DNA of 64,000 nt from Patescibacteria group bacterium (GCA_036835125.1 DAITMO010000001.1:255508-319507), one strand, 5' to 3'; shown: positions 19,003-28,130, counted from the stretch's first letter. Notes: generated by a model not told the origin, from the letters alone. A program made the numbers and translations.

Positions 19003-19624
19003 TTAGTCCCAATAGTAGATCCTCATTTTTCTCAATTGGTATTGTTACTATAAATTTTTCTCCGTCTGAAATAACGGGTTTACTTTCTGCCTCAATTTTT
19101 TCTTTTATACCAACTATTTCCAGTTTGCATTTTTTAGGTTTAGAAAAATAGGGAATATCTTTTTGTTCTATTTCAATTTCAAAATAAAAAGAGGAGGAAT
19201 CTACAATTTTTATTTCACTTCCGGCAGGGGTTGTATAAATACCCGCAACTAGATTATTGTCATCAATTATTATTCCATCAACAGGAGAAAAAAGAATTGT
19301 TTGATCCAACACTCCTTTTGCTAGTTCTACATCTTTTACTGAAGCGTTAAGAGAGGATTGTTTTTCAGTTTTTAAATACTTGTCTATAGCTTCTGTAGGA
19401 TCGGGATATTTTTGAGAAAATATTTCAAAATCTGCTCTTACTTTTTCATAATCTGCAAGCTGTTTGTCGAGTCCTGTTTGAAGGATTTTGGTATCGAGAG
19501 ATGCAAGAATTTCACCCTTTTTTACTATGTCACCTCTTTGCTTTTTGATTGAAATGATTTTTCCGGAAATGGCAAAGCGGATAGAAATAATCTTCGCTTT
19601 AACGATTCCTTTAAAGTTTTTCAC
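18983..19624 (-). CDS. Short HlyD-like (biotin-lipoyl / beta-barrel) adaptor-family protein
   Basis: The N-terminus reads IVKAKIISIRFAISGKIISIKKQRGDIVKKGEILASLD. It is only 213 aa, with no cognate transporter next to it. It overlaps the SNase gene by 20 nt. Confidence 0.5.
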   Translation of the reverse strand: MKNFKGIVKAKIISIRFAISGKIISIKKQRGDIVKKGEILASLDTKILQTGLDKQLADYEKVRADFEIFSQKYPDPTEAIDKYLKTEKQSSLNASVKDVELAKGVLDQTILFSPVDGIIIDDNNLVAGIYTTPAGSEIKIVDSSSFYFEIEIEQKDIPYFSKPKKCKLEIVGIKEKIEAESKPVISDGEKFIVTIPIEKNEDLLLGLNGKANF

Positions 19625-19666
19625 TTGAATAATTCATGGTATCATAATACTGAAGTCAATTAAACT

Positions 19667-19740
19667 TGGCTGTGGAGCCTGGATTTGAACCAAGATAACA
19701 TCCTCCAGAGGGATGTGTCCTACCGTTAGACGACTCCACA
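19667..19740 (-). tRNA. tRNA-Gln (anticodon CUG), including the encoded 3' CCA
   Basis: Hand-folded cloverleaf. The acceptor stem is TGTGGAG/CTCCACA. The D stem is GTCT/GGAC. The anticodon stem CATCC/GGATG carries loop CTCTGGA. The T stem CTTGG/CCAGG carries loop TTCAAAT. The discriminator is G, followed by CCA. Confidence 0.8.
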
Positions 19741-19789
19741 ATATTACGTCTTACAGGGTTATTTTATCATTTGAAGCCTAAAATTACTT

Positions 19790-19841
19790 GTGGTAGCGAC
19801 ATTTTTCTTTTTGGGAAAAATTTTTTTATTGTCGCTACCAC
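19790..19841. repeat. Perfect 12-bp inverted repeat (GTGGTAGCGACA ... TGTCGCTACCAC) with a 28-nt A/T-only loop; possible terminator for the upstream minus-strand gene
   Basis: Seen directly in the sequence between tRNA-Gln and the stop of CDS 19863..20246. The flanking U-run on the minus strand is weak. Confidence 0.5.
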
Positions 19842-19862
19842 GTTTATTCAGTTGATTTTGTA

Positions 19863-20246
19863 TCAGTTTATGCCAAGGATAAATTGCACTCTTTTATCCT
19901 TTGCAAATTCCGTTGCTTTAAGTCTTTTGTGAGCCTTAAATTTTCTGGCTAGTTTTAGATCTACAAATCTATCAAGAGTACCAACTCTCTTGATGTTCAA
20001 ACCGTTTTCTGTTTTTATCAGGTCAGAAAAAATAATCTTTTCTGCATCTGATAAGGGAAGGGATAGAAACTTTCTAATTAGACGAAGATCATCATTAGAG
20101 AGTTTGTTGTTGTTTTGCACAGATTTTTCAACCTGGTTGCAACACCCCAATTCCTTTAGCCATCCAGCAAGAAAGTCCTCTTTACAGCGAATCTTGCTTT
20201 TTTCTTTACAACCACTAATTTCAAGCGGAAAAACATTTGTTTCCAT
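19863..20246 (-). CDS. Hypothetical protein (Cys-containing N-terminus, basic C-terminus)
   Basis: A 127-aa ORF. Four Cys fall in the first 40 residues. I recognise no motif. Confidence 0.3.
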   Translation of the reverse strand: METNVFPLEISGCKEKSKIRCKEDFLAGWLKELGCCNQVEKSVQNNNKLSNDDLRLIRKFLSLPLSDAEKIIFSDLIKTENGLNIKRVGTLDRFVDLKLARKFKAHKRLKATEFAKDKRVQFILGIN

Positions 20247-20340
20247 CTTTAGCCCTCCTTAAGGCATGAACATAATGGTTTTCAAAATTGATACTACGTC
20301 AAAGAACAAGATCCTATAATACCTCTTGAAGCTATATTAG

Positions 20341-20706
20341 TCAAATAATTTGCAAGATTTTGGGTAAAAATATTAGGATTCCAACTGCAACTGAGGCAAT
20401 TGATGCAATAAGTACAGCACCTGCTGAAACATCTTTTGCTATTTTTGCTTTAGGATTTATCTCGGGGCTTACCATATCTACTATTGCTTCAACTGCAGTA
20501 TTAATAAGCTCAAGTATTAAAACGGACGCAATTACTATTATGATGTCAAACCATTCTGTTGGAGAAATTTTAAAAATTGCTCCAAGAGTTAAGGCGATTA
20601 TTCCTATAAATATTTGAATTCTGAAATTTCTGCCTTTTTTGAATTCTGTTTTAATTCCTTCAATTGCAAATCCAAAACTTTTTCCTAGGGAGTGTCTATC
20701 AAGCAT
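20341..20706 (-). CDS. dgkA: Diacylglycerol kinase (DgkA) family membrane protein
   Basis: A 121-aa protein with 3 TM helices. The conserved ELINTAVEAIVD segment is present. Confidence 0.7.
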   Translation of the reverse strand: MLDRHSLGKSFGFAIEGIKTEFKKGRNFRIQIFIGIIALTLGAIFKISPTEWFDIIIVIASVLILELINTAVEAIVDMVSPEINPKAKIAKDVSAGAVLIASIASVAVGILIFLPKILQII

Positions 20707-20720
20707 ATGTAAATGATATC

Positions 20721-21197
20721 ATGATTTATATGGAAAGTGCCGTCTTGGAGTTTTCTGCAACATTTCTAATCTGGCTTCTTTATGGTGGGCTTTTTGTTCT
20801 TTGGTTTTTTGGTAAAAAAATTAATAGAGAACAGGTTATATATGCACTTGTTGCAGGTTTTCTTGCTTGGTCTGTAGCTCAGGCAATTAAAATGTTATTT
20901 CCTACACTTAGACCATTTATGGTGAATAACGAACCTGTTGGTGTTTTGATTACTCCTTTAGGATCCGCTTTTCCTTCCGCCCACACTGCTATGGCATTTA
21001 GTTTGGCTGTCACAATGTTTTTACTTGATGGAAAAATAGGATGGATATACTTAAGTGTTGCAGCTTTTATTGGGATTGCAAGAATATTGGCAAATGTTCA
21101 CTATCCTATTGATATTGTTGGAGGAGCTCTTATTGGGACACTTGTTGCCATAGTTGTTGGAAAAACCAAATTTTTTGGTTTAATTAGAAAAAGATAA
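20721..21197 (+). CDS. PAP2-family phosphatase (undecaprenyl-diphosphatase-like)
   Basis: PAP2 motifs are present (KMLFPTLRP, SFPSAHT, ANVHYPIDIVGG). The start was moved to the internal ATG at 20721 to avoid an overlap with dgkA. Confidence 0.7.
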   Translation: MIYMESAVLEFSATFLIWLLYGGLFVLWFFGKKINREQVIYALVAGFLAWSVAQAIKMLFPTLRPFMVNNEPVGVLITPLGSAFPSAHTAMAFSLAVTMFLLDGKIGWIYLSVAAFIGIARILANVHYPIDIVGGALIGTLVAIVVGKTKFFGLIRKR

Positions 21198-21250
21198 CAT
21201 AGCCTTGACTTTTAGCAGATGGGATAGTAGACTGCTAAGACGTTTATAAT

Positions 21251-23632
21251 ATGGCAGGAGATTCAAAATTAACAAAAGATACCTCAAGGAGAGTTCCGAT
21301 TGTTCCAGTTAGGGGTTCTGTTGTTTTTCCTCATACAGATACTTTAGTTTCTTTTGGTCGTGAGAAAAGTGTTTCTGCCGTAAACTCAGCTTTTCAGGAA
21401 GACAGGGTTGTTGCAATATTCTCCCAAAAAGATCCAAGAACTATTGATCCAACAAAAGAAGATTTATATCAAATTGGAACGATAGCTACAATTACCCAAA
21501 TGATGACTACAGATGGGGAAATTCATGCATTAATTAGAGGACAGGCTAGAATATTTTTAAAAGAGATTATTGCTGAAGAACCATATTTGATTGGGAAGGT
21601 TGATGAAATACCAGAAGAAATTAACACAAATCCTGAAATAGTGGTTTTAACAAAGAAAGTTCAAGAACTTTTTAAAAAAGCTGTGAATTTGGGTAAACAA
21701 GCAGAAATAATGGCTGTTATGAAACTTGTTTCGGGTAACATTGAACCAATTGAGGTCAGTGATCAGGTAGCTTCTCTTCTTGAAATAAAGCCAAATGAAA
21801 AACAAAAGATTTTAGAAGAGGTAAATGTGGGCAATAGACTTCGCGTAGTTTTGGAGTATTTGACAAAAGAAGTTAATGCACTGGAGATTGAGCAAACAAT
21901 TTCTTCTAAAACCCAAAAAAGGTTTGAGGATCAAATGAAGAAAGCCATGCTTAGGGAAAAGAAGAGAACAATTGAACAAGAACTTGGGGAAATGGATGAG
22001 GATGGCGAAATAAGTAGTGAGGAATCCAAAGAATACAAAAATAAAATTAAGGAAGCAGGAATGCCACCTGAGGTGAAAACCAGGGCTGAAAAGGAACTAA
22101 AAAGACTTTCTGAGATGTCTCCAAATAATCCTGAAGGAGGATATATCAGGAATTACTTAGATTGGCTTTGTGATGTTCCTTGGAGCAAGGAGACACCAAA
22201 CGATATTCCAATGAAAAAAGCTCAGAAAGTGATGGAAGATGAACATTATGGAATAGAAAAGGCAAAAGAGCGTATTTTGGAATATTTGGCAGTAATGAAG
22301 CTTAAAAAAGCTTCAAAAAATAAAAAGGAAGGAGGAGGGCGACCCACAATTCTTTGTTTCATGGGTCCACCTGGAGTTGGAAAAACTTCTATTGGTCGTT
22401 CCATTGCAAAAGCTCTAAATCGCAAATTTGTTAGAGTTTCTTTGGGTGGAATCAGAGATGAGGCTGAAATTAGGGGGCATCGGAAAACATATGTTGGAGC
22501 AATGCCAGGGCGTATTATTCAAGGAATGAAGACAGCAGGAACCAGAAATCCTGTTTTTATGCTTGATGAAATTGACAAAATTGGAGTGGATTTTAGAGGA
22601 GACCCTAGTAGTGCTCTTCTTGAAGCATTGGATCCTGAACAAAATAAAGAGTTTTCAGATCATTACTTGGAAGTACCTTTTGATCTATCGGAGGTAATGT
22701 TTATTTGTACAGGGAATGTTATGGAAGGAATTCCTGGGCCCCTAAAGGACAGAATGGAAGTAATTACTTTTCCTGGATATACAGAAGATGAAAAATTCCA
22801 AATTGCAAAGAAGTTTATCTGGCCAAAACAAGTTGAAGCTCAAGGTCTAAATGGTAAAAAGATAACTATAACTGATGCAGGGCTTAAGGAAGTGATTGGA
22901 AGCTATACCAGAGAAGCTGGTGTTAGAGGACTTGAAAGGAATTTGGCAAGTATTTGTAGAAAAATTGCAAGGCTTGTTGCAGAAGGTAAAAAATATCCAA
23001 GTAATATTGAATCAAAAGATGTAAAGAAACTTCTTGGCAATCAGAGATTTACTTCACAAATTGCAGACAAAAAAGATGAGGTTGGACAAAGTACAGGACT
23101 TTCGGTCACACCTTTTGGTGGTGAGATACTCTTTATTGAAGTTTCTATAATGCCTGGGAAAGGAAAGCTTACCTTAACAGGACAATTGGGAGATGTTATG
23201 AAGGAGTCTGCAAAAGCAGCATTTACTTGGGCAAGATCTCATTTTGATGTTTTGGGATTAAAGCCTGACTTTGCAGAAAAGATTGATGTACACATTCATG
23301 TTCCTGAAGGGGCAGTACAAAAAGATGGACCATCTGCGGGAGTAGCTATAACAACAGCTTTAGTTTCTGCTCTTACAAAAATTCCTGTCAAAAGGGATGT
23401 TGGAATGACTGGGGAAATTACACTCCGAGGTAGAGTTTTGGAGATTGGAGGGTTAAAAGAAAAATCAATTGCGGGGCACAGGGCAGGTCTTACAACTATA
23501 ATTTGTCCTAAAGACAACAAGAAAGACATGGAGGACATTCCTTTACAAGTCAGAAAGGATGTTAAATTTATGTTTGCAGAGGAAGTTTCTGATGTTTTGG
23601 AAGTTGCTCTCACAAAGTGGCCTATTAAATAG
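21251..23632 (+). CDS. lon: ATP-dependent Lon protease
   Basis: A LonN domain is present. Walker A reads GPPGVGKTS. The protease Ser/Lys site reads DGPSAGVAITTALVSALT ... K. Confidence 0.9.
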   Translation: MAGDSKLTKDTSRRVPIVPVRGSVVFPHTDTLVSFGREKSVSAVNSAFQEDRVVAIFSQKDPRTIDPTKEDLYQIGTIATITQMMTTDGEIHALIRGQARIFLKEIIAEEPYLIGKVDEIPEEINTNPEIVVLTKKVQELFKKAVNLGKQAEIMAVMKLVSGNIEPIEVSDQVASLLEIKPNEKQKILEEVNVGNRLRVVLEYLTKEVNALEIEQTISSKTQKRFEDQMKKAMLREKKRTIEQELGEMDEDGEISSEESKEYKNKIKEAGMPPEVKTRAEKELKRLSEMSPNNPEGGYIRNYLDWLCDVPWSKETPNDIPMKKAQKVMEDEHYGIEKAKERILEYLAVMKLKKASKNKKEGGGRPTILCFMGPPGVGKTSIGRSIAKALNRKFVRVSLGGIRDEAEIRGHRKTYVGAMPGRIIQGMKTAGTRNPVFMLDEIDKIGVDFRGDPSSALLEALDPEQNKEFSDHYLEVPFDLSEVMFICTGNVMEGIPGPLKDRMEVITFPGYTEDEKFQIAKKFIWPKQVEAQGLNGKKITITDAGLKEVIGSYTREAGVRGLERNLASICRKIARLVAEGKKYPSNIESKDVKKLLGNQRFTSQIADKKDEVGQSTGLSVTPFGGEILFIEVSIMPGKGKLTLTGQLGDVMKESAKAAFTWARSHFDVLGLKPDFAEKIDVHIHVPEGAVQKDGPSAGVAITTALVSALTKIPVKRDVGMTGEITLRGRVLEIGGLKEKSIAGHRAGLTTIICPKDNKKDMEDIPLQVRKDVKFMFAEEVSDVLEVALTKWPIK

Positions 23633-23648
23633 TTTTTTAGCCTCAGAT

Positions 23649-23721
23649 TTGGTATAATGCAGGTTATTGGCCCCGTCGTCTAGCGGTCTAGGACACCAGG
23701 TTCTCATCCTGGTAACTTGGG
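23649..23721 (+). tRNA. tRNA-Glu (anticodon CUC)
   Basis: Hand-folded cloverleaf. The acceptor stem is GGCCCCG/CGGGGTC. The D stem is GTCT/GGAC. The anticodon stem CCAGG/CCTGG carries loop TTCTCAT. The T stem TTGGG/CCCAA carries loop TTCGAGT. Confidence 0.85.
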
Positions 23722-23782
23722 TTCGAGTCCCAACGGGGTCACAAACGTTTTTTTTGATATCTTTTGATAGTTTTTGAATTCC

Positions 23783-23811
23783 TTGACATTGGTATTTCAA
23801 ACGTATAAAAT
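23783..23811 (+). promoter_or_regulatory. Sigma-70-like promoter upstream of greA
   Basis: TTGACA at 23783-23788, a 17-bp spacer, and TAAAAT at 23806-23811. Confidence 0.4.
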
Positions 23812-23916
23812 CTCCATCGTTGGGTAAAAAAACAATGAAAAATCATTCTACCAAACTTTTTAGGTGTCTCATTAAAAAGGCACTTTAAGTTTGGAGAGAA
23901 AGTTTTTTTAAACTAG

Positions 23917-23948
23917 TCCCTCCAAGAAAAAACGGGGGGAATTTTTTT
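23917..23948 (+). terminator. Terminator-like stem-loop plus T-run inside the greA leader
   Basis: The stem TCCCTCC (23917-23923) pairs with GGGGGGA (23934-23940). The loop is 10 nt. The sequence ATTTTTTT follows, 18 nt upstream of the greA ATG. Confidence 0.4.
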
Positions 23949-23965
23949 CTCTAAAAAATTTAAAT

Positions 23966-24427
23966 ATGGTAAAAAATAGTATTAAATTAACACAAGAAGG
24001 ACTTGATGCATTAAAAGTAGAACTCAAAGATCTTAAAGAGGTTAAAAGACCAAAACTTGTAGACAGACTTGCAAATGCTAGGTCTCAAGGAGATCTTTCT
24101 GAGAATAGTGATTATCAAAGTGCAAAAGAAGAGCTTGAGTTTTTAGATGGTCGAATTGAAGAACTTGAAGATGTTATCAAGAAAGCTTCTGTTACTCCGA
24201 TAAAGAAAAACGGAGGAATTGACGTGGGAACAAAGGTTACTGTTAAAGTTGGAACAAATAAAGTTATTTTTGATATTGTTGGGGAGTGGGAAGCAGATCC
24301 AATTAACAAAAAGATTTCTCATGAGTCTCCTCTTGGAAAAGCTCTTTTTGGCAAAAAAGTTGGAGAAAAAGTAGAAGTTGAGGCTCCTGCTGGAAAGATT
24401 CAGTATGAAATTGTTGCAGTTGAGTAA
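23966..24427 (+). CDS. greA: Transcription elongation factor GreA
   Basis: An N-terminal coiled coil with the acidic tip (RSQGDLSENSDY) is followed by an FKBP-like C-domain. Confidence 0.85.
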   Translation: MVKNSIKLTQEGLDALKVELKDLKEVKRPKLVDRLANARSQGDLSENSDYQSAKEELEFLDGRIEELEDVIKKASVTPIKKNGGIDVGTKVTVKVGTNKVIFDIVGEWEADPINKKISHESPLGKALFGKKVGEKVEVEAPAGKIQYEIVAVE

Positions 24428-24477
24428 AAAAATTCTTGATGCTTGAGAAGATCAGCCTTGCGAGTTAAACTAGAAGC

Positions 24478-25938
24478 ATGGCACAACAAAATTTAGAAAC
24501 ACTAAAACAAACAAGGATTGACAAACTTCATGAACTGGAAAAACTTGGTATAAATCCATTTGCTTCAAAAATAAACCTAAGTGGAAAATATATAAAAGTA
24601 TCTGAAGCTAAAGAATCGCTTGAAAAAGAGGTTTTGACTGCAGGGAGAATTTGGTCAATCAGAAAACATGGTGGTGTTGCTTTTATGGATTTAAAAGATG
24701 ATACAGGTTTGATTCAATTATTGTTTCAAAAAAAGGTTCTTCCGAAAGAGTATGAAACTCTTGGACTTTATGATATGGGGGATTTTTTGGCTGTTAAGGG
24801 GAAAGTTATTAAAACTCAGGCAGGAGAAATTACAATTGATGTTGCCGAGTTTCAGCTTTTAACAAAGTCTATTCGTCCACTTCCATCAACCTGGTATGGA
24901 CTCAAGGATGAGGAAGAACGCTATAGACAAAGATATGTGGATTTGCTTTTAAATGACGATCTTAGAGATTTATTTAAGAAAAAAGCTCTCTTTTGGCAAT
25001 CAATGCGAGAGTTTTTGATAGAAAAGGGGTTTTTAGAAGTTGAGACTCCAGTATTAGAAAATACTGCAGGAGGAGCCGATGCAAATCCTTTTATTACGCA
25101 CCATAATGCACTAGACATTGATTTATATCTTCGTATTTCAATGGGTGAGCTTTGGCAAAAGAGACTAATGGTAGCAGGATTTGGAAAGACTTTTGAAATA
25201 GGTCGCCAATTCAGAAATGAAGGGATTGATCGTGAACATCTTCAGGACTACACCCAGATGGAGTTTTATTGGGGATATGCTAATTATGAGGATTCAATGA
25301 AATTGGTAGAGGAAATGTATAAATATGTTGCTAAAAAAACTTTTGGAACTTTAAAATTCAAGATTGGAGACCATGATGTAAACATGGAAGGCGATTGGAA
25401 GAAGATTGATTACAGAGAGACACTCCTAAAAGAAACTAAAGTTGATATTTCAAAAGTAACAAATGAAGAATTGAGAACTGAACTTAAAAAGAGGAAAATT
25501 AAATTTGAAGACAATGATGAGAGAGGGCGTCTCATTGATTTACTTTGGAAAACTGTTAGAAAAAATATTTCCGGGCCAGTGTTTATGACAGGGCATCCTG
25601 TGGAAGTCTCCCCGCTTGCTAAAAGAATGAAGGATAACTCTGAATTTGTAGAAAGATATCAGGTAATTATTGCAGGAAGTGAAAACGGAAATGGATATTC
25701 AGAGCTTAATGATCCAATTGATCAGGCTAAAAGATTCAAAGAACAGGAAAAAATGAGAGAAAAAGGAGATACCGAGGCTCAAATGGAGGACAATGATTTT
25801 GTTAGAGCTTTGGAATATGGTATGCCTCCAACTAGTGGGTTTGGAGTTAGTGAGAGGCTGTTTTCATTTTTAGCTGGAAAATCAATAAGAGAAACTGTAT
25901 TATTCCCATTATTGAGACCGGAAGGAGGTGAAAAATAA
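24478..25938 (+). CDS. lysS: Lysyl-tRNA synthetase (class II)
   Basis: The N-terminal OB anticodon-binding domain reads FMDLKDDTGLIQLL. The class II core reads FRNEGIDREH, GGADANPF, and a GxGxER-like motif. Confidence 0.9.
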   Translation: MAQQNLETLKQTRIDKLHELEKLGINPFASKINLSGKYIKVSEAKESLEKEVLTAGRIWSIRKHGGVAFMDLKDDTGLIQLLFQKKVLPKEYETLGLYDMGDFLAVKGKVIKTQAGEITIDVAEFQLLTKSIRPLPSTWYGLKDEEERYRQRYVDLLLNDDLRDLFKKKALFWQSMREFLIEKGFLEVETPVLENTAGGADANPFITHHNALDIDLYLRISMGELWQKRLMVAGFGKTFEIGRQFRNEGIDREHLQDYTQMEFYWGYANYEDSMKLVEEMYKYVAKKTFGTLKFKIGDHDVNMEGDWKKIDYRETLLKETKVDISKVTNEELRTELKKRKIKFEDNDERGRLIDLLWKTVRKNISGPVFMTGHPVEVSPLAKRMKDNSEFVERYQVIIAGSENGNGYSELNDPIDQAKRFKEQEKMREKGDTEAQMEDNDFVRALEYGMPPTSGFGVSERLFSFLAGKSIRETVLFPLLRPEGGEK

Positions 25939-26204
25939 TGAAAGATAATTTAATAACTGACTTACTTTTGAGCTTATCATTTTCATTTTTTGGTTTACTT
26001 TTGATTTTTGGTCTTGGATTTGTTTTTCCAATGATTGATCCTTATGCATCCATTAAATGGATAGTAATAGTATGTGCAATTGCATTTTTCTATTCTTTTG
26101 CAAGCTATGTTTTTGTTAAAGTTTCAGAAATTATGGTTTGGAGAAAAGGATTGAAAAAAGAAGTTAAAAAAGCTGTCAAAGCAAAGAAAACTTCAAAAAA
26201 ATAA
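25938..26204 (+). CDS. Small membrane protein (2 TM helices, Lys-rich tail)
   Basis: An 88-aa ORF. Its start overlaps the lysS stop (TAATG). Confidence 0.3.
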   Translation: MKDNLITDLLLSLSFSFFGLLLIFGLGFVFPMIDPYASIKWIVIVCAIAFFYSFASYVFVKVSEIMVWRKGLKKEVKKAVKAKKTSKK

Positions 26205-26261
26205 TTGTTAGACAAAAGCTTTAACTACCTGCCCTGTTAGTGCTTTTTTTGATTTAAACAA

Positions 26262-26831
26262 ATGAATAACAGAGAAGAGATAATTAAACTAATTGAAGAA
26301 CATGTGGAAAATAAAAATATTCTAAAACACATGTTTGCATTGGAGGCTGTAATGGGAGCTTTGTGGGAAAAATTTAAAGTTGATGGCACTAAAGAAGAAT
26401 GGGAATTATCAGGTCTTCTTCATGATGGAGATTATTGTGAGAAGGTGCCAGTTGAGAAACAAGGAATACAAATAACAAATTGGGCAAGAGAAAAAGGAAT
26501 TGAAATTTCCGAGAATGTTTCTCATGCAATGGCTGCACACAATTGGGAAAACACTAAAGTTGAACCAGTTAACAAAATGGATTGGTCCATTTTTTGTGCA
26601 GATTCGCTAACTGGACTTATTGTTGCTTGTGCGTTAGTGCTTCCTACAAAAAAGCTTTCTGATGTAAAGGTTGAAATGGTTTTAAAAAAGTTTGATCAGA
26701 AATCTTTTGCGTCGGGGACAAGAAGAGAAGAAATTAAAATGTGCGAAGAGAAATTGGGGATTCCCTTAAATGAGTTCATTGAAATTGCATTAAAATCAAT
26801 GCAGGAAATTCATGAGAGTTTAGGGTTATAA
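26262..26831 (+). CDS. HD-domain phosphohydrolase-like protein
   Basis: A His...HD pattern is present (LKHMFALEAV ... LLHDGDY). Confidence 0.5.
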   Translation: MNNREEIIKLIEEHVENKNILKHMFALEAVMGALWEKFKVDGTKEEWELSGLLHDGDYCEKVPVEKQGIQITNWAREKGIEISENVSHAMAAHNWENTKVEPVNKMDWSIFCADSLTGLIVACALVLPTKKLSDVKVEMVLKKFDQKSFASGTRREEIKMCEEKLGIPLNEFIEIALKSMQEIHESLGL

Positions 26832-26837
26832 TAGGTT

Positions 26838-28130
26838 ATGCTTGATATTAACTTCATTCGCGAAAATGTAGACCTTGTTAAGAAAGGTGTTGGAAGTAAA
26901 GGGTTTGATGTGGGTTTAATTGATAAAGTCTTAGAATTGGATGAAAAAAGGAGGAAACTTCTTCAGGATATAGAACAACTTAGGGCAAAAAGGAATAGGA
27001 TTTCAGCCAGTGTAAGTCCAAGTCCAAGTCCTTCACCTGATGAGGAAACTGCGAATAATATTGAAGATGCCAAACAACAAGGTAAGGAGATTAAAGAGGA
27101 ATTAAAAGACAAAGAACCAGAACTTGATAGGTTGCAGGAAGAATACAAAGAACTTCTTTTTAAGATTCCAAATTTACCATCTCCCAAGGCTCCTCTCGGG
27201 AAAAGTGATAAAGAGAATATTGAATTGAGAACTTGGGGAAACCCTAAAACATTTGATTTTAAAGCTCTTGATCACCTAGAACTTGGTAAAAGGCTTGGAA
27301 TACTTGATTTTGAAACAGGGGCAAAAGTAACAGGTTCTCAATTTTATTTTCTATATGGGGATGGAGTTAAACTTGAACTTGCCCTAACACAATATGTAAT
27401 AGACAAACTTTCAAAATACGGTTTTCTCCCTGTAATGACACCTGATCTTGCTAAAAGTAGGTATTATCTTGGTACAGGTTATGCTCCAAAAGGAGATGAA
27501 GCTCAAACTTATACTATTGAGGGGCAAGATTTAGGGCTTATTGCAACAGCTGAAGTCACTCTTGCAGGGAGTCATGCTGATGAAGTAATTGCTGAGGACA
27601 AACTTCCTTTGAAGTACATTGGTTATTCTCATTGTTTTAGGCAAGAGGCAGGGGCATATGGGAAATATTCAAAAGGTCTTTATAGAGTCCATCAATTTAC
27701 AAAGTGTGAGATGTTTATATATTGTAAGCCTGAAGAGTCTGAAAAATTTCATGAATTAATTCTTTCTATGGAGGAAGAAATTTGTCAGGATTTGGGTCTT
27801 CCTTATCGAGTAGTTGAAATGTGTACGGGGGACCTGGGAGCAATGGCTGCAAGAAAATTTGATGTTGAAGCTTGGATGCCAGGAAGGGGAGATTATGGGG
27901 AAATAACTTCAACTTCTAATTGTACAGATTACCAGGCAAGGAATTTGAATATTAAATTTAGAAGGAATACCGGAGAGACTGAATACCTTCATATGCTTAA
28001 TGGAACTGCAGTTGTTATGTCGAGAATTCCCTTGGCAATATTAGAAAACTATCAGGAGAAAGATGGAAGTGTAAGGATTCCTGATGTTCTTCAAAAGTGG
28101 ATGGGGAAGGAAAAGATTGAAGTAAAATAA
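26838..28130 (+). CDS. serS: Seryl-tRNA synthetase
   Basis: An N-terminal coiled-coil arm is followed by class II motifs (FRQEAGAYG ... GLYRVHQF ... NGTAV). The arm contains an unusual SPSPSPSPDEE insertion. Confidence 0.9.
   Translation: MLDINFIRENVDLVKKGVGSKGFDVGLIDKVLELDEKRRKLLQDIEQLRAKRNRISASVSPSPSPSPDEETANNIEDAKQQGKEIKEELKDKEPELDRLQEEYKELLFKIPNLPSPKAPLGKSDKENIELRTWGNPKTFDFKALDHLELGKRLGILDFETGAKVTGSQFYFLYGDGVKLELALTQYVIDKLSKYGFLPVMTPDLAKSRYYLGTGYAPKGDEAQTYTIEGQDLGLIATAEVTLAGSHADEVIAEDKLPLKYIGYSHCFRQEAGAYGKYSKGLYRVHQFTKCEMFIYCKPEESEKFHELILSMEEEICQDLGLPYRVVEMCTGDLGAMAARKFDVEAWMPGRGDYGEITSTSNCTDYQARNLNIKFRRNTGETEYLHMLNGTAVVMSRIPLAILENYQEKDGSVRIPDVLQKWMGKEKIEVK

Noticed and set aside
19741-19862. 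Integration site or attachment repeat next to tRNA-Gln indicating a mobile element
   Set aside because: No integrase, recombinase or transposase lies within the window. No direct repeat of the tRNA 3' end was found downstream. The flanking genes are ordinary chromosomal genes.
23722-23740. T8 run immediately after tRNA-Glu as a terminator
   Set aside because: There is no preceding stem other than the tRNA acceptor/T arm itself. A strong promoter follows within 60 bp. It is more likely just the AT-rich spacer.
23296-23800. Minus-strand ORFs 23296..23613 and 23543..23800 overlapping the lon 3' end and tRNA-Glu
   Set aside because: They are antisense to lon and run across a clearly folded tRNA gene. 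They are not plausible coding sequences.
26205-26261. Possible hairpin or terminator between the small membrane protein and the HD-domain gene (AAAGC...GCTTTTTTT)
   Set aside because: I could not find a convincing stem of at least 5 bp complementary arms by eye. Only a T-run is present.
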